A stretch of DNA of 64,000 nucleotides, taken from an uncultured bacterium (lineage in GTDB: Bacteria > Zhuqueibacterota > QNDG01 > CAYUAG01). Positions 57,570 to 64,000 of the stretch are shown piece by piece. The stretch lies in contig CAZETW010000003.1 in the NCBI GenBank assembly GCA_964515295.1, forward strand, positions 4,768 to 68,767, written 5' to 3'. The position numbers were made by a program, and so were the translations under genes. Positions within the stretch are counted from its first letter, which is position 1, and every line of letters starts with the position of its first letter. The notes under the pieces were generated by a model. That model saw nothing but the letters and a program-made list of their open reading frames with translations. It had not been told where the DNA came from and ran no database searches.

Positions 57570-58184
57570 TTATACTTTGTTTTTTATATCAGTAATAATG
57601 TTTTTTAATTTTTTTGCGATTTTACGATGTACCCGTTCTTCTTTTTTACGAACTTCAGCTTTGTTTCTATGGGGAAAAAGAATATTCGGGATTTCTTTCT
57701 CTAAAAAAGGACAAAGTTTTTGCCAGCCTTCTGCTTTAATTAAATCTAAAATCAACAAGTCATTCGGGCGGTTTTTAAAATAAGCTAAAACGTCTTTATT
57801 ATGATTTTCATATTTTTTAATGTATATCTCTTCATTGCCTTTAGGACAGCCAACACCGTATATCCATTTTCTCATCGGAGTTTTTCTTCTACCAAAATGG
57901 CTTACCATACTTTTAATCCATGAATCAGTATTTCTTACTGTAAGAATAAATTTACTGCCAGGATATGATTTGTCCATTTCTTTATAAATTATAGGCCAGG
58001 GATTATCCTGAAATGCATCATATTGTTTAACCAGATTATGGGCCATGGTATACACATTCTGAGCAATTTTTGAGTCTTTTACTCCATTGGGACCCGTAAT
58101 GCTATAGCCGAGTTTTGAAAGTGCAGTTGCAAGAGATTTTGTTCCGGTTTTGTGAAAGCCGATACAGAATATTTTAGTTTTCAT
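57570..58184 (-). CDS. sulfotransferase family protein (small bacterial Sulfotransfer_4-like)
   Basis: 204 aa; IFCIGFHKTGTKSL (5'-PSB-like) and TVRNTDSWIKS (3'-PB-like R...S). Confidence 0.55.
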   Translation of the reverse strand: MKTKIFCIGFHKTGTKSLATALSKLGYSITGPNGVKDSKIAQNVYTMAHNLVKQYDAFQDNPWPIIYKEMDKSYPGSKFILTVRNTDSWIKSMVSHFGRRKTPMRKWIYGVGCPKGNEEIYIKKYENHNKDVLAYFKNRPNDLLILDLIKAEGWQKLCPFLEKEIPNILFPHRNKAEVRKKEERVHRKIAKKLKNIITDIKNKV

Positions 58185-58593
58185 GAAAATTTCCTTTTTT
58201 TATCACTTAACATTCAATTTTATTAATTCAGGAAAGTAAAATAATAAAAAATTTCAAAAAAAACAATCATAAAACCATCTCAGATATTTCATCATAGGTA
58301 TGATTTTTGCTTGTTAAATATTTGATAATATATAAATTGGTTGATCAATAAGAATGGGCATAAAAAAATAGTATAATCAGGTATATTTTTTAAAAAAATA
58401 TTGACAATTATTTATTATTAAAAAGGTTATAAATAATTCATTGATTGATAGTAATAATTTTTAACAGTTGTTAAAAATACCAAGAAAAAATGAGAAAATT
58501 TATTTTATGAAAAATCTTTCATATTGAATGACAGGTAAATGTGCAGTATAACGATGAAAAAGTATACCATAAATTACTTTAAGGTGAAATAAA
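58185..58593. promoter_or_regulatory. 409-bp AT-rich divergent intergenic region between sulfotransferase genes (-) and sugar-binding MCP-domain gene (+)
   Basis: No ORF >60 aa; TTGACA at ~58401; RBS AGGTGA 8 nt before ATG 58594. Confidence 0.3.
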
Positions 58594-60747
58594 ATGGCTA
58601 ATGTATATAAGAATATTTTGAAACAAGGGAAAATATTATTAAAAGATCTGAATAACTGGAAGAATGCCATGGCCAATCTTTCTCAAGGAGATCTTTCCAC
58701 TTGCCTTGCTATTGAAGCCAATCCTGTGAAAATACCAGATACCCAGAAGAAAACACAATTGAGTATACTGAACCAGATCATCAGTAATTTGCATGAAGTA
58801 GCAGCTGAATTTAATTTAGTTACTGATAAACCATGTAAAAGATTGTGTTATGTGGGTGGAGATTCATTTCTGGAAGGGCAGCGATGTGGTGAATTTATGG
58901 GTAAAATTCTTAATGGCAAAGGTCAGGTGGCAGTCGTAACAAATGTTTTTGGCTATGCAAGTACTGAATTAAGACGTAAGGGATTAGAATCAGTTTTTAA
59001 GACCTTATTTCCAGGAATACATATTGTCGATATTATCGAAAGTCGTGACAGTACAGAAATAAGTTATAAAAAAACAACATCATTGATTAAAAAACATTCA
59101 CATTTAAATGGCATATATATTTGTGAAGGTGCAACCCCTCATGCTGTAGCACAAGCGGTTATTGATGCTGAAAAAAAGGATAAAATAAAAATAATAGCAC
59201 ATGACCTGACCAGTACCATCATTGAGTTCATTGAAAAAGGTGTAATAACCGCAGTACTTGATGAAAACCCATATGCTCAGGGATTTAATCCGGTTATTCA
59301 TCTTTTTAATCATCTTGTAGATGATTGGGAACCTCACGTTCCACGACTGCTCACTGATATGAAGTTTGTAACCCAAAAGAATTATCATAAATACTGGAAT
59401 GAAGAAAAAAAATTAATTCAGTCTCAGGATAGTCTGGATAGGCTGGCAAAACCGGTAGACAAGAAACCTTCCAAACCTATTCGCATTGCAATGATGGGCA
59501 GAGTTGATTGTGAATTCTGGTTGCCGGTTAAGGAGGGTTCTCTCGCTGCCAAAAAGTTATTAGAGACCAAAGAAAATGTTCAGGTTGACTTAATTATACC
59601 TGAAGAAAACAGAACCAAGGGACTATTTGGTCCAGATGTATTTGTACCTGCATTCAAAAAACTTATCCAGGAAAAATATGATGGTATCGGTGTTATTGCA
59701 TCAGATGCAGAACTGGTCCCGCATATTAACCGTGCAGTTGAAACCGGAATACCAGTGGTTACTTTGAACAGTGAACCTTTCAATCTGCGCAGTTTGATGC
59801 TGTCTATTACAGATCAGGCTGATAAACTTATGGGCTTAAGTGATCAGTTATCCGTGAGCACCACTGAAACAAAAGCAATGACATCAAACATAAATACAGC
59901 CATGGATGAAATGTACCAGGGAACGCTGTCACAGAATGAAAATGTAAAGAAAACCCAAGATACGTTAAATTATTTACTGAAAAATATTAAAACAGTTAAT
60001 GAAGAAACTGAAGAAAATACCAAAACTGCTGAGGAAACTGTCAAAGCAGTTACCAGCGGCACTATGGCAATGCAGAAAACTATTGAGAGTCTCCGCATGG
60101 TAGAAAATTCTGTATCTGATTCCTGGCAGGTAGTTGAAGAATTAGGAGATTATTCCAATAAAATTGATAAAATTATGTGGTTTATCAATGATATCGCCAC
60201 AGAAATAAATATCCTGGGATTAAATGCCAATCTGGTTTCAGTAAAAGCAGGTAAGTACGGAAAAAGTTTTGGTGTGGTAGCCAGTGAAATACGTAAAATG
60301 GTGCAGGAGACCAAGGATCATACAACAGAAATTTTTAATCTGATTGAAATGTTTAAAGAAGGGATAAAAAAGGTAGAAAATGTAATGAATTCCGGATTGG
60401 AGAAGATCAAAAGTTCAGCGAGTTTATCAGATGAAGCAGTCTCAGCAATAAAAGATATTCGCGAATATGTTACCCTTAATCAAGAACGTATGAATAAAAT
60501 TTCATCTTCTTTAAATGAAATTGAAACGTTTTCTCAAGATGTTGATGTTGCCATGCACAATGTGACAAGTGTAAGTGAACAGAATGCTGCGGAAGTGGGA
60601 AAGGTGAATAATTATACCAAAGAGATGGAACGCCAGTTAAATACTGTAGAATCAATGACTAAAACATTATTGCAGATGGCTGAATCAGAAAAACAGCAGC
60701 TGGCAAAGTTTAATGTTGCTGAAAAAGATCAATATCACCGGCCTTAG
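58594..60747 (+). CDS. soluble chemoreceptor-like protein: periplasmic-binding-protein (sugar-binding, type I) fold + methyl-accepting chemotaxis protein signalling domain, no TM segment
   Basis: 717 aa; N-terminal LacI/RbsB-like PBP halves (aa ~80-290 and ~300-400); C-terminal MCP highly conserved region ILGLNANLVSVKAGKYGKSFGVVASEIRKMVQETKD; no hydrophobic helix. Confidence 0.75.
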   Translation: MANVYKNILKQGKILLKDLNNWKNAMANLSQGDLSTCLAIEANPVKIPDTQKKTQLSILNQIISNLHEVAAEFNLVTDKPCKRLCYVGGDSFLEGQRCGEFMGKILNGKGQVAVVTNVFGYASTELRRKGLESVFKTLFPGIHIVDIIESRDSTEISYKKTTSLIKKHSHLNGIYICEGATPHAVAQAVIDAEKKDKIKIIAHDLTSTIIEFIEKGVITAVLDENPYAQGFNPVIHLFNHLVDDWEPHVPRLLTDMKFVTQKNYHKYWNEEKKLIQSQDSLDRLAKPVDKKPSKPIRIAMMGRVDCEFWLPVKEGSLAAKKLLETKENVQVDLIIPEENRTKGLFGPDVFVPAFKKLIQEKYDGIGVIASDAELVPHINRAVETGIPVVTLNSEPFNLRSLMLSITDQADKLMGLSDQLSVSTTETKAMTSNINTAMDEMYQGTLSQNENVKKTQDTLNYLLKNIKTVNEETEENTKTAEETVKAVTSGTMAMQKTIESLRMVENSVSDSWQVVEELGDYSNKIDKIMWFINDIATEINILGLNANLVSVKAGKYGKSFGVVASEIRKMVQETKDHTTEIFNLIEMFKEGIKKVENVMNSGLEKIKSSASLSDEAVSAIKDIREYVTLNQERMNKISSSLNEIETFSQDVDVAMHNVTSVSEQNAAEVGKVNNYTKEMERQLNTVESMTKTLLQMAESEKQQLAKFNVAEKDQYHRP

Positions 60748-60971
60748 ATATCTATACTTTGAATATTAATAAGAATATTGTATATCTTAACGAGTATTAA
60801 TGCTCCCTAATCCTTGTAATAATTTTCATAATATATTGATTGTATTAATCTTACATGAATCCATCTATTGATCTAAACACATCAATTTATAAATTTATAA
60901 AAAAATAACTTGAACACGCAGTGATTTTTTTGTATATTATTAGAGTGAAAAATACAAAAAAGAGGCTGTAA

Positions 60972-61508
60972 ATGATATCTAAAATGTATTTTTATGGAAT
61001 ACTATCAGCAGTTTTTTTGGTTTCCTGTTCCACTTCCCAGCTGGGATGGAAAAGTGAACCGCATACTGATAAAGAGGGGGGAAAATATACCGAGGATTTT
61101 GATCCGCTAACACTGGATGAGGATTTTGGAATATCTGATGAAAATGATGTTGAAACTGATACAAAAGACAGTGAAAAAAGTGACGTTATTGATGACAACA
61201 AAGAGTCTTCAGTCAAGACAGAAGAAGTCACCATACAGGGATACAGAGTTCAGCTTTTAGCAACGCCTCACGAAGACCTTGCCAGAAGGGCAAAACAAAA
61301 AGCAATATATAAAATTCAGGAAAATGTCTATCTGGAATTTGCCGGAACTTTTTGGAAGATCCGGGTCGGGGATTGCAGGACCCGCAAAGAAGCTGAAGAG
61401 TTAAGGGAAAAAGTGAAACGTATTGGCAGGCGGGAAGGTGAGAGTGAATGGGTTAATGCCTGGATTGTACCCTCCAAAATTAAAGTAAAACAAAAGATTG
61501 ACAGTTAA
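60972..61508 (+). CDS. SPOR-domain lipoprotein (peptidoglycan/septal-ring binding)
   Basis: 178 aa; signal + lipobox LVSC; acidic linker; C-terminal SPOR domain (YRVQLLATPHEDLARRAKQK...FWKIRVGDCRTRKEAEELREKV). Confidence 0.7.
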   Translation: MISKMYFYGILSAVFLVSCSTSQLGWKSEPHTDKEGGKYTEDFDPLTLDEDFGISDENDVETDTKDSEKSDVIDDNKESSVKTEEVTIQGYRVQLLATPHEDLARRAKQKAIYKIQENVYLEFAGTFWKIRVGDCRTRKEAEELREKVKRIGRREGESEWVNAWIVPSKIKVKQKIDS

Positions 61509-61596
61509 CTGTAGATTTTTCAGTATTGTAGTATTAAAGTATCATTTAATATTTTTAATTCTTTTATAATACCAGATAGTTTTGGAGGAAATCATT

Positions 61597-62337
61597 ATGT
61601 CCGGACACTCCAAATGGAGTACCATAAAAAGAAAAAAGGCAAAAGAGGATGCAAAACGGGGGCAAATATTTACTAAACTGATCAGAGAGATCACTACTGC
61701 TGCAAGACTCGGTGGAGGCGATGAGGAAACAAATCCCAGATTACGCTCAGCCATAGATGATGCAAAATCTGCCAATATGCCTCAGTCTAACATTGAAAGA
61801 GCCATAAAGAAGGGGACAGGTGAGCTACCTGGGGTCGTATATGAGGAAAAAGTATATGAAGGATATGGACCAGGCGGGGTTGCTATTATGGTAGACACAT
61901 TAACCGATAATAATAATCGTACAACATCCGAAGTCCGTCATATCCTTAGCAAGTATAATGGAAATTTAGGTGAATCAGGATGTGTTTCCTGGATGTTCGA
62001 TAAAAAAGGTCTTTTAACGGTGAATAAGGATGATATTGGTGAAGATGAACTCATGGAACTGGTTATAGAAGCCGGAGCAGAGGATATGAGTACTGAAGGG
62101 GATGAATATGAGATAATAACTTCACCGGAAGATTTTGACCAGGTTAAAGAAAAAATCAGTGCTAAAGGGGTTACACTTGCTTCATCAGAGCTGACTATGA
62201 TCCCCAAGAATACAGTTAAAGTAGAGGGGAAAGACGCAAAAAGTGTTCTTGCTTTGTTGGACAGCCTGGATGAAAGTGATGATGTACAAAAGGTTTATTC
62301 CAATTTTGATATCGATGAATCAGAAATTGAGGATTAA
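61597..62337 (+). CDS. yebC: YebC/PmpR family DNA-binding transcriptional regulator
   Basis: Classic N-terminus [28 protein letters not shown]; start chosen at ATG 61597 (RBS GGAGG 8 nt upstream) rather than upstream in-frame ATG 61582. Confidence 0.9.
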   Translation: MSGHSKWSTIKRKKAKEDAKRGQIFTKLIREITTAARLGGGDEETNPRLRSAIDDAKSANMPQSNIERAIKKGTGELPGVVYEEKVYEGYGPGGVAIMVDTLTDNNNRTTSEVRHILSKYNGNLGESGCVSWMFDKKGLLTVNKDDIGEDELMELVIEAGAEDMSTEGDEYEIITSPEDFDQVKEKISAKGVTLASSELTMIPKNTVKVEGKDAKSVLALLDSLDESDDVQKVYSNFDIDESEIED

Positions 62338-62343
62338 TCGATT

Positions 62344-62826
62344 TTGATAATATTAGGTATTGATCCAGGATTGCGAAGCATTGGTTATGGACTGATCGAT
62401 TCTGCGAACAATACAATAAAAACAATTTCTTCCGGGAATTTTAGTATTAATCCTAAATTATCTTTTCCTGAAAGACTTAAAAAAATTTATGATAATATTC
62501 AGGGTCTTTTGGACGATCATAGACCTGATGTGATGGCGATTGAAAATGTTTTTGTTAATAAAAATGCTAAGGTCAGTTTAAAACTGGGACATGCCAGGGG
62601 AGTAATTATTCTGGCAGTGGTTAACAGAGGGATACCCATTGCTGAATATTCACCCAGAGAGATCAAACAGTCTATAGTAGGGGTGGGGAGAGCTTCTAAG
62701 AAACAAGTTCAGGCAATGGTGATGCATATTCTCAATATGTATAATAAAACCTTACAGGCAGATGAAGCTGATGGATTAGCTGTTGCTGTCTGTCATGAGT
62801 TCAAGAAGAAAAAATATGGTGTTTAG
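62344..62826 (+). CDS. ruvC: crossover junction endodeoxyribonuclease RuvC
   Basis: 160 aa; MIILGIDPGLRSIGYGLI and catalytic acidic residues pattern. Confidence 0.95.
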   Translation: MIILGIDPGLRSIGYGLIDSANNTIKTISSGNFSINPKLSFPERLKKIYDNIQGLLDDHRPDVMAIENVFVNKNAKVSLKLGHARGVIILAVVNRGIPIAEYSPREIKQSIVGVGRASKKQVQAMVMHILNMYNKTLQADEADGLAVAVCHEFKKKKYGV

Positions 62827-62840
62827 TTTTAATTATTAGT

Positions 62841-63428
62841 ATGATTGCTTATATACGAGGCACATTAATTGATAAAAATCCAACCTTTTTGATTGTGGAA
62901 TCGAATGGTATTGGATATAAAATATTAATAACATTATCCAGTTTTAATGCTCTGGGAAATGTTGGAGAAGAAATCTGTATTTTGACCTATCTTCATCACC
63001 GGGAAGATTCTGTTCGTTTATTTGGATTTGCAACAGAAGAAGAAAGAGAAATTTTTAAAATGATCTTATCTGTATCTGGTATAGGACCTAAACTGGCGCA
63101 GAGTATGCTTTCTGGTATTCCTTTTGAAAAATTTAAACATGCAGTCTGCACGCGCGATATTAAAACCTTAACCTCTGCTCCCGGGATCGGGGGAAAAACA
63201 GCTGAACGTCTGGTGGTGGAATTAAAGGAAAAAATGCAAAAGATTTTTGATGAAACAACTGAACCCAAAACAGCTACTCCGGTACCTGCTAACAGGGATG
63301 CAGTTCTGGCTTTAGTATCCCTTGGTTTTAGTGAAGCTAAAGCCAACAGAGAAGTACAGAGAGCCTGGGAAGAAAATCCTTCAGCTACAGTTGAACAGAT
63401 TATCAGAAATGCGCTTATTAAGCAGTGA
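62841..63428 (+). CDS. ruvA: Holliday junction DNA helicase subunit RuvA
   Basis: 195 aa; MIAYIRGTL...NGIGYKI OB-fold N-terminus, HhH motifs [10 protein letters not shown] / [12 protein letters not shown]. Confidence 0.95.
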   Translation: MIAYIRGTLIDKNPTFLIVESNGIGYKILITLSSFNALGNVGEEICILTYLHHREDSVRLFGFATEEEREIFKMILSVSGIGPKLAQSMLSGIPFEKFKHAVCTRDIKTLTSAPGIGGKTAERLVVELKEKMQKIFDETTEPKTATPVPANRDAVLALVSLGFSEAKANREVQRAWEENPSATVEQIIRNALIKQ

Positions 63429-63452
63429 ATTTTTACAGGAGTATACATACTA

Positions 63453-64000
63453 TGGAATCTGAGCGAATTACAGATCCTTCAATTCAGGAAGATGAAAAAA
63501 AATTTGACCGTACCCTACGACCCCAAAATTTCAATGAATTCGTCGGGCAGAAAAAGATTGTTTCTAATCTGAAGGTTTTTGTAAAGGCGGCAAAAAAACG
63601 CGGTGATGTACTGGACCATGTATTATTATACGGTCCGCCGGGATTAGGTAAAACAACCCTTGCTCATATTCTGGCTAATGAGCTGGATACCAGAATTAAA
63701 ACAATAACCGGTCCGGCTCTGGAACGGCCTGCTGATCTGGCCGGAATATTGACCAATCTTCAGCCCAAAGATGTATTGTTCATTGATGAGATACATCGTT
63801 TGAATCCGGTAGTGGAAGAATATCTTTATCCTGCTATGGAAGATTTTCGGCTGGATATTGTAATTGACAGCGGTCCTCATGCCAGAAGTGTTTGTCTTAA
63901 TCTTCCCGGATTTACCTTGATCGGGGCAACAACCAGAGCAGGTCTTATTACCTCACCCTTAAGAGCCCGGTTTGGGGTGGTAAACAGACTGGATTATTAT
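63453..64000 (+). CDS. ruvB: Holliday junction DNA helicase RuvB (N-terminal part; continues beyond window)
   Basis: ATG 63453 (RBS ACAGGAG); translation ...[56 protein letters not shown]... Walker A of RuvB; ORF open to window end. Confidence 0.9.

Noticed and set aside
2435-62425. Numerous 60-120-aa ORFs on the opposite strand inside large genes (e.g. 2435-2626, 4646-4861, 8951-9274, 21435-21758, 33902-34111, 54390-54647, 61938-62207)
   Set aside because: All are embedded antisense or out-of-frame within strongly supported CDSs, with low-complexity translations typical of AT-rich DNA; no independent RBS or domain evidence.
1-64000. Searched by eye for CRISPR-like regularly spaced direct repeats, IS/transposase or integrase ORFs, tRNA/rRNA genes
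   Set aside because: No regularly spaced repeats, no transposase/integrase-like translations in the ORF track, and intergenic spaces are short (<410 bp) and AT-rich without tRNA-like GC-rich cloverleaf segments.

Overview
The window is an AT-rich bacterial chromosomal segment; GC looks roughly 30-35% by eye and was not computed. All calls below rest on reading the supplied ORF translations and recognising motifs; no database search was run.

The core of the window, from about 6.7 kb to 58.2 kb, is one very large cell-surface polysaccharide biosynthesis locus, almost all on the + strand. Read in order, it contains:
- a STAS-domain (SpoIIAA-like) regulator candidate immediately upstream;
- a Wza-like polysaccharide export protein and a Wzc-like chain-length determinant / tyrosine kinase;
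- an initiating polyprenyl-phosphate glycosylphosphotransferase (WbaP-like);
- at least 13 glycosyltransferases of the GT4 and GT2 families;
- three GtrB/ArnC/DPM1-like polyprenyl-phosphate sugar synthases;
- four PMT/ArnT-like GT-C membrane glycosyltransferases with DExxY loop motifs;
- three Wzx-like MOP flippases and one Wzy/O-antigen-ligase-like polymerase;
- six SDR-type nucleotide-sugar epimerase/dehydratase/reductase genes, one of them fused to a Gfo/Idh/MocA dehydrogenase, and including an orphan rmlD;
- two asparagine-synthetase-like amidotransferases, one lacking the catalytic Cys;
- two SAM-dependent methyltransferases;
- a GlpD-like FAD oxidoreductase;
- an acetyltransferase-GT2 fusion;
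- a 949-aa secreted glycoside-hydrolase-like protein with an FN3 domain;
- three sulfotransferases from three different families at the distal end.

The most interesting hypothesis is a sulfated, heavily decorated exopolysaccharide whose side decorations are added from lipid-linked monosaccharides on the outer face of the membrane.

Housekeeping genes flank the locus.
- Upstream, on the - strand: a partial GalE-like epimerase and a fumarylacetoacetate-hydrolase (FAH) family gene.
- Upstream, on the + strand: purH, lgt, a TPR lipoprotein and a divergent GlgA-like glycosyltransferase.
- Downstream: a soluble protein pairing a sugar-binding periplasmic-binding-protein fold with a methyl-accepting chemotaxis (MCP) signalling domain, a SPOR-domain lipoprotein, and yebC-ruvC-ruvA-ruvB (ruvB partial).

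I found no rRNA, tRNA, CRISPR array, transposase or integrase.
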